This document shows positions 21,571 through 34,201 of a stretch of DNA of 64,000 nucleotides, piece by piece; the stretch's first letter is position 1; every line of letters begins with the position of its first letter. The stretch is from Vicugna vicugna (lineage: Eukaryota). Location: contig MU058065.1 of NCBI GenBank assembly GCA_013265495.1, positions 9,713,720 through 9,777,719 on the forward strand. The letters are read 5' to 3'. The translations under genes and the position numbers were made by a program. A model generated the notes under the pieces. The model made no database searches. It was not told where the DNA came from and saw nothing but the letters and a program-made list of their open reading frames with translations.

Positions 21571-24500
21571 AAATTAAATAAATAAAAGCGCTTAATATAA
21601 CTGTCTAGTGTAGCTTCTTGGCTTTGAAGATGGGATTTAATTTTTTTCAAAAATATGTTCACGTCTCATGTTGCAGATGCCATATTCAAAACGAGTACTT
21701 CTTCTGCTGTTCCCTTCTGACTTGCTCATTCACAGGGCACTCAGAGACACACCCAGAGGAAATATATGGGGCGCCTCAGCCTTCCCTACAGATAAATCAA
21801 TCAGCTTCTTTACATGAGTTGCTGCATGCTCAGCATAGACTTAGGCTCTTAGACAACATGAAAAAAAAATGTAAATCGAGGTCTTCGTCCTGGAGAAGTT
21901 CAGACCCTTTTGGGAAAAGAAAGTTTTACACACAAGAAGCAATTAGAAGACAATACAAGGCAATACCCAATGAAGTGCAAGTTGTCCCTTCTCAGTCTCA
22001 GGAAACCCCTTAACCTTGCGATAACCTCAGCTTTGCTTTTCCCATTACAGAGCCTGAAAACAAACAGGAACTGAGGCAAAGAGATTTAAATTAGAAGAGC
22101 AACTTGGTACTAATGCTTTTCTTAGAATACACTTATTTTCAAGTGTGCTGTCTCAAGACACTGTAAGACCTTGAAAAACAATACTTGAAGGAAGTGGGTG
22201 GGGATTCTGCTGTTTTCTCCTGGCCAAACTGATACTTGGGAAGGCCTGGGGCTCCGGACAGACTGTGAGATGAGCAGATTGATTTGACACACTCTTCCTT
22301 CCTCAATCAGATAGACCTTCTTCTGCCTTCTCTCCATTTCCCCCCTCTCTTCCCCGGCACCCTGCTGCTCTTGCAGAATTTTCAATCTCCCTTGTGAAGG
22401 AAATTCTAGAGATTCTCTTGGTCACCTATTTCAGGGTTTAATAAGCCTTATTTTTAAATAGTTAATTTTGAGGTCTATCTTGAGAATTTGTTCCTTGTAG
22501 TATCATAATGAATGATCTTTAAGAAGTCATACAATTTTATCCTCTTTCACACACACACACACAAACACAAATAAAATCAAGATAACAAAAACTTCTTACC
22601 CTGTCTTAAAAGGAAGTTATATTAATTTGAAAGCTTTAAAGAAGGAAATTCCAAAATTATTTTGGTAGCCAAGTCTGGTATTTGTCAGGAAGTTCTTCAC
22701 AGAGAGTTTAAATCCTTCTTGTAGCAATATAAAACCATTTCCTCTCATTCTGTTCTGTTTTTTGAGTTAATGAACATCCACATAATGGATTTCTATAAAT
22801 TGCCTATTAATCATCTTTCTGTAATTTCTACGTATTCATGTTTAAATCTAGGATCCTTGATTAAAGTAAGGCTGTATCTACATAGAACCCACTGATATAA
22901 ATGCTCTTTAATCAAAAGTATTTTGGCAATGCAACATGTCTTAGCAATAAAATATTTCTGTAGGCAAATAATGGTGATAGCAAGAAGCACTTGCCTGGTG
23001 GTTGACACTTAGAAAGCACTCGAACTATCTTGAATTATCCCTGAATGCTAAAAATGTGATTCCAAATTCCTCTCCTTCTGGGCTCACATTTGTTGGCTTT
23101 AAAGAACAGTTGTCTTAGTTGAAACTATGGCTCTGTGCCAGTTGAAAAAACAAATAAATACTGAGTGAGCCAGAAATCCAGGTAACAAGCATAGGTGGCA
23201 GAAGAAGAGGGAGGAAGGGTTTGGCCCCTTGCCCTCCTGTGCAGGACTGCTTTATGAGAACATATCTTGAGCATCTCTTTCTAATACAGTTTTGGGATGT
23301 GGCATAGACCCGCCCACGATACCAGTCTGATTAACGGCAAGCGTGGCAGAATGTATTATAATTCAAAAGGAACTTAGTATCTTTAGGCCTTACTTTCCTC
23401 ATTTGTCAAACTTGTCTACTAGATTTCTAGGGCTTTTCCTCGTGATAACTTTTATAATTTAATGAACACTTTAACACATTTTTACAGAGTAATTTTGTTA
23501 GTATTGTCACAGATTTTCAATTTAAAAATACAATGACAAACATACAAACTTGTGGATCAGGGACTTCTATGACTGAGGGGCTCAGTCACTCTGCCCCACA
23601 GCCCTGCCCTCTCCAGCAATGGCCTCTGTTGCCTTCCTCCCTCTGGGGGTGGGAAGGGGCCCAGGCTGGGCCTGGGTTCTGACCCGGTGGCTTGGAGCCC
23701 AGGTCCTTCCCCCACCATCCCTTAGCCCTTGGGATGAGCTGCAGTTGAGGCTCAGAAGGCATACTCCCTGCCCTTGAGTCTTCAGGTCCTGACCTCTGAT
23801 CTCTCCCAGCACTTCCAGCTGCCCTCCCCACCCACCTAACACCTCAAGCCCGGGTCAGCAATGCTCATTGAACAGAAGGAAGGGAGGGCTCGTGGCTGTC
23901 CCTCACTGCCTGAGGGACCATAGGGCTCCTGCTCCCTCTGCTTCTTTTACTTAATAAAAACTAAAGACAAACAGAAACAACCAGGAAAATGAAATATGAA
24001 TAGAAACCTGAAATGAACAGACAGAAAACACAGCATCCTTTGGTCACTGGATTTCACCTGTGCTCAGACCCAAGGTGGTTTGACGAAGTGTGGCATTTGA
24101 GTGGATTGGGAAGTCAAAAGACCTGAACTTGATTTTCAGCTCTGATACCAACTGGATGACATTGAGCATTCAGCCTTAAGGGACCAGGTCTCCTCATGTG
24201 TAACAAGAAGGGTTTGACAGAATGATTTAATTCAATTCAATAAATTTTTACTAATGGCCTCCTACACTTAAGACTCTCCAATAGGACATGAGGGTGGAAT
24301 TGGGGAAAATACAAAAATAAAGATGTGGAAAAGCACTGAATGAATACAAACCCAATGGGAAGAAAGACAGGGTTAAGTATCGTAACAGAAAAAAAAAAAA
24401 TCAGAAAGCTCTAGGAGCACAAAGGAGGCATGATGCAATTTTGAGTTTTCAGGTATTATGAGAGCTGATGTTCACCTATAGCTGAAGAGCCTTTCAAGGA

Positions 24501-26417
24501 AAAGTGTATTTGTCTGCATTTTAGACACTGTCACTCGTGCATTCAGTTCACTGCAGCAGCTACTTTGAACCACAACCTACTATGCTGATTAGGCATGTCC
24601 ATCCCTCACTGCTAATTGCACTCCTCTGCAGGGTGTAAGAGAAATGAAAACATGGGAAGATGGAGTTTTTTCCACTTCAGGGACTGACCTTTAAAAGAAT
24701 CAGGGCAGAGAGAGGGTAATGAAGCCAGTAGAGGAAACTGGTGTAAATATCCCTGACATAAGATTGAACTAATTGAGTTTAAATAGAAGGAAGCCCAATC
24801 TAAATTAGAGAAAAAATATTATCCGAATTATAGAATTTTTAAAAAGAGAAATGCAATTATATTATTTTCAAGTATGTGTGGTAAGTTGAACTGATAGCTA
24901 GGAAAGCAGTCCTAAGTTTAAGTGCTGTTGGAATCTTCTTTTAATGAATAAAGTTCTGATTCATTAGGACTGTTTTCTGAGTGCATATAATTCACATGTT
25001 AACATGTTTAAAATAAAATGACTAATCAAGCTCTTTAGATTTTGTTCATGCTGCTTCTTTATTTAATGATCCTCCCCCGCCCCTTTTATATAAACAGTTC
25101 AGAGGTAAACCTGAGTCCAATATACTTCCAGTTTTCAAAACTTTACAAATTAGTAGGATCTGAGCAAATGCAGTCGCATTGTCTCTTGTCTACTAGGAAT
25201 GTTGCAGTTTCACTGGAATCAGATCTGAAACTTTTATACCTAAAAAGCTGTCCATAAAAGAGATCTCACAGGGGGATGATAGCTGGCTGTTCCAGGCTGT
25301 CACATGCCATAGTGAAGGGCATGACTGGAGAGCTTCTGGAAGTTCTTCTTGGGCACAGAAGCATTGACAAGCCATGGGGAAGATGGAAAGAAAACAAAGT
25401 AGTAAGGAGTATTTCCTCGCAGAGTCTGCTCAAGCTTGGCTAGTGGTCAGGAAAGAAAGAGATCACATCTAGACAAGGCCTAAGGAGAAACTGAGGTGAA
25501 AGTTTTAAAAAGCATCCTGAAAGGGGAAGCAGTCTGGGTGCAGGAGCAAGGAGCTACTGGGTGGTTTCCTTGAAGAGTATCTGAAAACGTGGGAAACGTG
25601 GTGTAAACTTCCAGGGTCAGTTTTGGAAGCTATCACAGGGCTATTAAAATAGCAGGAATTGTCATGAGCTGACCTTCCACTCTGCCCCCCAAGAGTCATG
25701 TGGGCTAAAATATCCAGTTATCCAGTTTGTAAGTCCAGAAATTTAATCTTATCCACTCACTCTTAGATGATAAGTTTTGGGGGAAATTGACTCATGCTAT
25801 TCAGACTCACAAGAGGATGATTTAAAAAGCATGCGTATTAATTAAGAAAGAAAGAGCTACTTGGCATAGCAATCCACAGTGGTCATTTCCTGTCCTGGCT
25901 CACTGTCCTGGAGGTTGTCCCTCCTCAGGTACAAAATTACGTATCAGAAGGTATCTCAGTAAGTGCTGAAAAAAGGCAGAGGAAGATAAGTATTCTTAAA
26001 AAATATTTTCTTGAGGTGAGAGTGACTGGAGATACTGTTCTTTCACATTTAGGGCATTTTTCTGTCTGTTTTCCAGTAATTACTGGCCATGGGGGAGGTG
26101 TTTTCATTCATCTGTAGTAAAATGAAAAAAAGTAAGGGAAATACAGTGGAGTACCATAAACCCAAGTGTATTTGATTTAAAAGAATGTTTTAAGCTGTGA
26201 TTATGTCAGTTAATTTTGTTGTTAAAAATCTTAATTTTAGGGGATTATAGTACTATCTTTATAAAAGAATTTTTTTTAACTTAGCAGAATGAAAATACTG
26301 GCAACTCTATGACAGGTCCCATTTTTTTCTTCTTTTTGGAAGGTGATTTACAGTTCCATGAAGTCTCGAAGTCTGAGAATGGCTGGTTTAGAAAACTGGA
26401 ATAAGATCTGTACTATA

Positions 26418-26679
26418 CCAATGACTTTTAAACTTTTGACCAAGATCCACAGAGAAACGCATTATCACATCAAAAAGTACATGCAGCTCACACATGCATA
26501 AATGTGTATATGCAAATATTTACGATAGAAAGAAAAGTTTCACAAAACAATACTTAACTTTACCTCATGCAGTGCACCCTGGTCTTTTCTATGTTACTTG
26601 TTAAAAATGTCAGTTGCTAAACAACAATTCGCTTTCAGAACTCACTAATGGGTCACAGCCCACGATTTCAAAAACACTG
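26418..26679. mobile_element. Old hAT/Charlie-type non-autonomous DNA transposon fragment
   Basis: Ends resemble hAT TIRs (caatgacttttaaac ... gatttcaaaaacactg), with internal actcactaatgggtcacagcccac. Family uncertain. Confidence 0.45.
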
Positions 26680-27379
26680 CTCTGGACTCAGAGCCTTCTC
26701 ACTCCAGGACATAGCTAAATAAACACTGACAGGTGTTTCCTTTTGGATCTCCTTTTCCGGATTTCCCTCAAATCACATCCCTCCTGTTACAGATTTTTTT
26801 TTGAGGGGGGTCCTGTAAAGGTTACAATACAATTGATTAAACAAGAACATTCTTTATGCTCGTCATATCTCTGCCCTTTGGATATTCTCTTGCCACCTTG
26901 CTTAGATTGAGAAATGTTCTCTACCTTCTTTGGATTTGGAGATCATGTTGTTCTGCTTCTTACAACACCAGGAAGTCCCCTGGCCTCATTAGCCCTACAT
27001 TTACAAAATACATCTTACAGTGGGTTATTCTAAAAGCTAGCAATTCCCATCTGTTTTAATTGATTCTATTCGCTCTAATTGCAATGCATGACATTTTGTT
27101 ACTAGTCAAATTCAGGATTTGGGGAGGGACAGAAGGGGACATCGCACCCCAGCCCGAGAACATTGACTGAACAATGTAAGATAGAGTCCAGAGGAAAGAG
27201 AAAAGGCAACTCACTTAATTAAAACAAAATGAATGATTAAGAATAAGCTGAAATGTCCAGATATAATTAGTTTGGCTATGTAAACCTGTCATCAGAGTAA
27301 TAAGAATGGAAAATATGCCAGGCATGTTGTGCATTCATTATTATTTTATTTTGGATCATAGGGTTGGTGCCAGAGGAGC

Positions 27380-27920
27380 AGTGTTATGTGATAGTTCAGA
27401 GTGTGGCTGTGGTGCCAGGCTGTCTGGGATCCAACCCATCCTCTGCCGTTTACCGTGATAGGTAGGTACTATCTGTGTCCTGTTTCAGGATGAGGGGACC
27501 GAGCCCGCCCCAGAGAGGTTAAGTGACCTAGGGCAAGTTTCTTAACCTCGCTAAGAGTCAGCTATAAATTGAGAAACACCAAGAGTACCTACTTCATAGT
27601 GTTGCTATGAGGATTAAATGAGTTTATATATGTGACATGTTTAGCTTGGCCACATAGTAAGCATTTAATACATTTTCGTTATTAATGTAATAATCATACA
27701 GCTGGTTGTTTACAGGCTGGGTTTTCCAGTCAAGTCACCTGGATTCAAGTCCCACTTACTAGTTGTATAATATTGAGAAAATGACTTAATCTTTCTAAGC
27801 CTCAATTTCTTCATTAAAAAAATTATACTGCTGCTACTACTACTACTGCTTACCACAGTATTGTTTACTGTTTCGTGGATTCAATAACACCACACAGTGT
27901 CTGCTACACAGACTATACAT
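27380..27920 (+). mobile_element. MIR cluster (two copies, the first with an internal antisense MIR piece)
   Basis: gtgacctagggcaagtttcttaacctc...tacctacttcatagtgttgctatgaggattaaatgag; second copy cctggattcaagtccc...gcctcaatttcttcatt. Confidence 0.65.
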
Positions 27921-28439
27921 AAATAAATCCAGCTAGCCAAAATTCCCAATGTTTGGTGTTTATTCATTCAATACAGTCTTTCTAATACATTAATTGAGAT
28001 CTTGACTTACACATCAGAATCTTGGCTAAAGCTCAATTTAATAGCTCCGTATCTTTTTGTTTTCCTAAAAGGAAACGGCATTCTTCCCCCAAAGAATCAA
28101 ATGAACATGAGACTTTAAATGAAGTTGAAGAATTCATTCCAGTTCAATAACTGTCCTTTTGAATTTCCATTATGTGCTAAGCACAGTGTCCTAAAAGGCA
28201 AATTTCCGCCTGGCAAAGGTTGAAGAAAAGCCAAATTTAAAAGGCTACTATAATTAGAACTTTTGCTAATGGCACTTAAACTGATTAATGTCCAATAGTA
28301 CCTACTCTACCAAAGCATATTTTTTAAGCAGTTATACATTTATATTAAATTAAACATTCGTTGAATAAATGAGCTTATGTAGAAGTGTTTCCATGTGGCT
28401 CTTGGAGTTAATTCCGTAATGATATGGCCAGTGTCGCTG

Positions 28440-28722
28440 AGGGCCTTCTCCCATACTGTTTTCTCTGTCTGGAATGTTTATTGCATTCCTTCTCACATGG
28501 GTGGCTTTTTTCTTATCATTCAGAGTAGTCTTCTGTGGCCATTCTCCCCAAGGTGGGTCCTAGTCTCGGCCCCTCTCTCCTACCACCCCACTGCATATTT
28601 TTCATGGTACATAAAATAATACCATTGAAATTATATTGTTTACCTGTGAGTTGCTTATTGTCTGTCTCTCCCACTAGATCTCAAGCTCCATGAGAGCAGG
28701 GACCTTGTCTATATGATTCACT
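28440..28722 (+). mobile_element. L2 fragment (continues at ~30258-30335 after nested insertions)
   Basis: ttattgtctgtctctcccactagatctcaagctccatgagagcagggaccttgtct...ttcactg, resuming as ttgtagccccaatacctagaagag...gaataaatgaa. Confidence 0.65.
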
Positions 28723-28724
28723 GT

Positions 28725-30257
28725 CTGTATTATTTTTCTGTTTAAATTTAGCAGCTTAAAACAACACATTTATTATCTCACAGTTTCTGTGGGTCCAGAG
28801 TCCATGCATAGATCAGCTGGGTCCTCTGCTCAGGGTTTCACCAGACAGAAATCAAGGTGTCGGCCAGGCTGCAATCTCATCTGAGACTCTTCTGAGCTCA
28901 TTCAGGTTGCTGGCAGAATTCAGTTTCTTGTGGTTGTAGGACTTCAGTCTCCTTTTCCCTGTGGGCTGTCAGTTGGTAGGATGTTTTCAGCTTTGAGAGG
29001 CTGCCCAGGATTCTAGCCAGGAGACATTCCCACAATATGACAGTATTTCTTCAGGGTCACCAGGAGAGTCTCTGACCTCTAGGTCTTCTTTTAAGAGATC
29101 ACCTGATTACAGCAGGCCCACCTAGGATAATCTCCTTTTGATTAAATCGAGTCAACTGATCTAGGAACCTTAATTACACTTGCAAAATCTCTTCATTTTT
29201 GCCACATAGTGTAACTTTTTTTTATTATTTTTTAAAATTTTGTATATTTTTTAATTTTAAACATTTTTTAACATTTTTTATTGATTTATAATCATTTTAC
29301 AATGTTGTGTCAAATTCCAGTGTTCAGCACAATGTTTCAGTCATTCATGGACATATACACACTCTTTGTCACATTTTTTTCTCTGTGATTTATCATAACA
29401 TTTTGTGTATATTTCCCTGTGCTATACAGTGTAATCTTGTTTATCTATTCTACAATTTTGAAATCCCAGTCTATCCCTTCCCACCCTCCACCCCCCTGGT
29501 AACCACAAGTCTGTATTCTCTGTCTATGAGTCTATTTCTGTCCTGTATTTATGCTTTGTTTTTGTTTGTTTGTTTGTTTGTTTTTGTTTTTGTTTTTTAG
29601 ATTCCACATATGAGTGATCTCATATGGTATTTTTCTTTCTCTTTCTGGCTTACTTCACTTAGAATGACATTCTCCAGGAGCATCCATGTTGCTGCAAATG
29701 GCATTATGTTGTCAGTTTTTATGGCTGAGTAGTATTCCATTGTATAAATATACCACATCTTCTTTATCCAGTCACCTGTTGATGGACATTTAGGCTGTTT
29801 CCATGTTTTGGCTATTGTAAATAGTGCTGCTATGAACATTGGGGTGCAGGTGTCATCCTGAAGTAGATTTCCTTCTGGATACAAGCCCAGGAGTGGGATT
29901 CCTGGGTCATATGGTAAGTCTATTCCTAGTCTTTTGAGGAATCTCCACACTGTTTTCCATAGTGGATGCACCAAACTGCATTCCCACCAGCAGTGTAGGA
30001 AGGTTCCCCTCTCTCCACAGCCTCTCCAGTACTTGTCATTTGTGGACTTTTGAATGATGGCCATTCTGACTGGCGTGAGGTGATACCTCATTGTAGTTTT
30101 GATTTGCATTTCTCTGATCACATAGTGTAACTTAATCAGAGAAGTGACATCTTATCTTACTGACAGTTGCTGCCTGCACTCACGGGGAGGGGGTTATGCT
30201 GGCAGGAACACCAAGAGTGGGAATCCTGGGGCCTGGCTTATAATTCTGCCTACCAGA
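28725..30257 (-). mobile_element. MaLR LTR (MLT1D/E-like), split by an L1 insertion
   Basis: gcagcttaaaacaacacatttattatctcacagtttctgtgggtc...ggcccacctaggataatctcc...gccacatagtgtaac | taatcagagaagtgacatc...attctgcctacca. Confidence 0.8.
29218..30118 (-). mobile_element. Young 5'-truncated L1 (ORF2 C-terminus + 3'UTR + poly(A)) with perfect 15-bp TSD
   Basis: ORF 29597..30121 reads [23 protein letters not shown]...[19 protein letters not shown]...[21 protein letters not shown]...[18 protein letters not shown], the L1 ORF2p C-terminal domain. TSD cacatagtgtaactt at 29203-29217 and 30119-30133. Confidence 0.95.
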
Positions 30258-30900
30258 TTGTTGTAGCCCCAATACCTAGAAGAGCATCTGATACCAAGTA
30301 GATATTTAGTTCATACTCATGAATAAATGAACTAATCAATGCTAGTGAAGCAAGAACCAAGAAATCAGTGAGAAGTTAAACTGTTGGCTCTGTGTTCAGA
30401 TGTATGTTTATAATATCCTCTGTTGAATTCGAAACAGTCATGTTGTTTGATTTAATTTACTTTCCTCCCTAAGGGGCCTGTGACTCTAACATGATATAAA
30501 AGAAATCAAACAGTATTTGTTGTATTGTATGAGCAAAGTTTCTGTAGTATAATGAATTATTTTGCCCAGCAAGCCTATGCAAATTAAACCATTAAACCTA
30601 AGGACGCTAGAGTGGCTTGCATGAGGAAGCCTAGAACAGCGTTAGCAAATCAGGAATAATTGAGATTAGAACTTGGACTTCTGCTGTCTGTTGTTTAGCA
30701 TTTAATACTGCACTGCTTCCCCAAAATCAGAGAAGAAGGAGACATTTTCATTTCTAGGAAAAATGATTTAAAATCAAATTCAGAAAGATGTTGTCCAGCC
30801 GTATCTAAGATACTATGCTGTGAAATGACCCTCTCAAGGAAAAGTCGGCAGTCTCATTACATGAGACATAAACTGCAGGGCTGAGGCAGGCACGGGATAG

Positions 30901-31343
30901 TGTATTAATCTGCTCGGGCAGCCACAACAAAATACCACAGACTGGGTGGTTTAAACAACAGACATTTGTTTTCTCACAGCTCCGCAGGCTAGAGGCCCAT
31001 GATCAAGGTGATAGAGAATTCTGTTTCTGGTGTGAGCTTTCTTCCTGACTTGTAGACCAGCATCTTCTTGCTATGTCTTCCTACGGTCCCTCCTCGGTGT
31101 CTGCCCTTTGGGAACGAGAGCCAGCTCTGCTCTCTCTTCCTCTTCTGGTAAGGACATCAATCCTATCAAATTAGGGCCCCACCCTTATGACCTCTCTTAA
31201 CCTGATTACCTCTTTAAAGGCCTTATCTCCAAATATAGTTGAGGTGTTGCGGATTAAATTGAATTGCAGCTAATAAACTCTCTCACATTGGGGGTTGGGG
31301 CTTCAGCCCCATGGATTTGGGAGGCGCCCTTCAATCCATGACA
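30901..31343 (-). mobile_element. MaLR solo LTR (MLT1A-like)
   Basis: tgtattaatctgctcgggcagccacaacaaaataccacagactgggtggtttaaacaacag...ggccccacccttatgacctc...tccatgaca. Flanks gatag / gacag form a 5-bp TSD with 1 mismatch. Confidence 0.85.
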
Positions 31344-34001
31344 GACAGCCTAGGAAGCTGAGGGGGGGACACAGGGAGCCAGTTAAGCAGAGCAAGTAAG
31401 AGCTCAGGGTTTGAATTTGGGTCACTTGCATCTGATTTCCAACTCTACCTCTTGCTTGCATCAGGGGCAAATCCAATTTTTGTGGGCCCTGGATCTTATA
31501 TATACAATTTTAGAAGCCCCTTGGAAGGGGCTTATGCAAACAAGAGGCTCTGAAGCGGGAAGTTAATTAACTTGGCAGCAAGTTTGCTGCAACTTGCTGT
31601 ACAGCTAAGCCTTTGTATTACAAAACCTCTCTGAGCTTCCATTTCCTCAAATGCAATATGGAGATAATAATTATTATATTTAACTTGTGGGGGTGTCAAA
31701 GGGGGTGCAAATTAAATTGCAACTAGTAAGCTCTCCTTGCTAGGTGTTATTATTGTTATCTTTATTGTTATCGTTAATCTCATCGTCATATTCAGCTCCT
31801 TCCTTTTACAAACGAGGAAATACACAAAAAACTGTTCCATGACTTACCCTACACCACACAACCAGGTAGCTGGAGACCGAGCCAGAGGAATCCCTCCGGA
31901 CCCCTGATCTATCTCTTTCTTTGGCTCTGTGGAGATGGTCTTTTGCACTTTCCTGTCCCAGTATTCATACTCCTAAAGAGATCTAAATAGCGGATACTCA
32001 TTTGGTTGAATGTAAGCTTTATTTTCATTTTTATCTACATCTGGAGGGATTGAGATCTATGAAATAAAAAACTATATTCATTAAACCTAAACTTTTATCA
32101 TTTCTCCTTGGAAGGCTAAGTTTCCATCTGCATTTGGGATGAAATGATGACTTGGAAACAAAGAAGTTTCTGTGTCATCTCATCTGGGAGTGATTCCCAA
32201 GTTCCCACATGCACAGATTTTGTCAGGGACATTAGAAGATTTAGATTTTCCTGGGAAAAGTCCAAGGAGTCAGTCCCATGGGCTTCAGTCTGCCCCTTGG
32301 AAGTACATCCTGGATGACAGAACAGCTCTTCTCCATTCCTCTCACAGCCCTGCGGACGTGAGAATCTTTCCATGTTATCTTGACTCTGGCAAAATTCTGT
32401 GCTTCAGAGCTGGTTTTAACACTTGAAAGTACAGATCATGTTAATTCCCAAGTACCTGAACATTTTTTTTTTCAGTGACCCATCATGTATATTCTAGCTT
32501 GCTTGTCAGGGTTGGGCAGTCTCAGTATGACTGGTATTGGAGCAAAGATGCTCGTCGTGGAGGATAAGCAGTATTTGACTCAGGGCTCTAAATCTCTGGC
32601 TTCTGTGTCTGAACGAACAACAACAACAAAATACAACCCGGTAGTAAATACCCTTCTCATTTTTCTCATTTTCAAATGTGGCACATTTGTAGAGTTTTCG
32701 TGAAACTATCAAAACAAACTATGCAGCAGTTTAATAGAGTCTGCAGATGTATAGGACACGGATCAGCGTAGGTTTTCCTGGCTCTGCCACTGGCCACGAT
32801 TAACATAGGTAAGTTATTTAACTTGAGGTCCTTATGTATGTACAAATAATAAAATGAACTTTTTAAAGTTCCTAGAGGGAAAAATGCCACTCATCTACAA
32901 GGAGGCTATGACGGTCTTATGGTTTTTATCATCATTAATATATCCCTCAGAAATAATCTTGCTAATGTTGTATGACCAGAAAGCCAGGGCTAAGTTTTAC
33001 TTTAGGATCTTCATGAGGACACTCCTGGTTTGTCCACCAGATCTGCTGTCTGTTAAACAGCTGGGAACATAGAGTGAAACAGGTCAGTTAGGAGAAGTGT
33101 AGTGGTGGCCAAGCACATCTGCCAAGGGACCTCTCCCCTTCACTTCTCCATCCTCTTTTAAAATTTATTTTATTGAGTTATAGTCAGTTTACAGTGTTGT
33201 CCATCCTTTCAGATGCGTAATGGAGGGGCTGATGGACACTTCCTCTGGGCTCTGGCCTTTCCTAACCCCCGGCCTGCAGGCCCTCCGCTCTGCTGGTTTC
33301 CGGCAACCACACCAGCATCCTTCAGCTTCAGTGTCACATCCCTGTTTACACTTGCTCCTCAGCATCCCAGCATCTTCTGTCTAGTCTAAGTCCCTTTTTG
33401 GGCCCCACCTTATTTAGAAGAGCTTCTTAAAGGTATCAGGGCCAAATTTGTCTGCCCTATTTTTTTGTTTGTTTGTTTTAACACCTTGTAATATCTTAAG
33501 TTAAAGAGTTATTAAGGTGTTACATTCCTGTAGACATAAGAGAAGATGCTTGATCATGATGACTGCCAGTCTGCTTTGCAAACTCTTTTTGTATAATATA
33601 GGAGGATGCAGTGATTGATTTCTTGGTCAGTAACACATCAAAAACAATTTAAAAAAAATCTACGTGGATTCAGATACTATCTTCTACCAAGGCTCCTCAT
33701 TTGATCCCCAACACCACATTAGCTGTGTGCTATTATTTGCCAGCCTGGGACCGAGTACTTCTCAGTATTTATGAGTGGATTATTGGGTCTAGGAACAATA
33801 TCTTCTCAGGTTTGAACTTAGAATAGTCCTTCTCAATAATCATATCATTTATTCAACAAGTATGTGCCAGGCACTGTTCTAGGTGCTTGGGATAAATCAG
33901 CCAACAAAGGTAGAACAACAACAACAACAACAAAAAAGACCCCTGCCCTCATGGGGATGGTTTTTCGTTTAACATGTTTATAAAATCAGAGATGGTTTTC
34001 T

Positions 34002-34201
34002 TTGGTTTTTTGTTTTTTGTTTTTTTGAAGTATGGTTGGTTTACAATAATGTGTTAATTTCTGGTGTACAACAGTGATTCAGTTATATACATATATGAAT
34101 TCCTTTTTGTATTCTTTTTCATTATAGGCTATTACAAGGTATTGAATATAGTTCCCTGTGCTAACTACTGTTTGTAAAATAGCTAAACAACAGGGTCCTA
34201 C
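34002..34201 (-). mobile_element. Short L1 3' end with 5' inversion
   Basis: Minus-oriented L1 tail 34002-34163 abuts a plus-oriented upstream L1 piece 34164-34201. Degenerate TSD agatggttttct / aggtggctttct. Confidence 0.75.

Noticed and set aside
29597..30121. 174-aa ORF as a host gene
   Set aside because: It is the L1 ORF2p C-terminus in a truncated insertion with no promoter.
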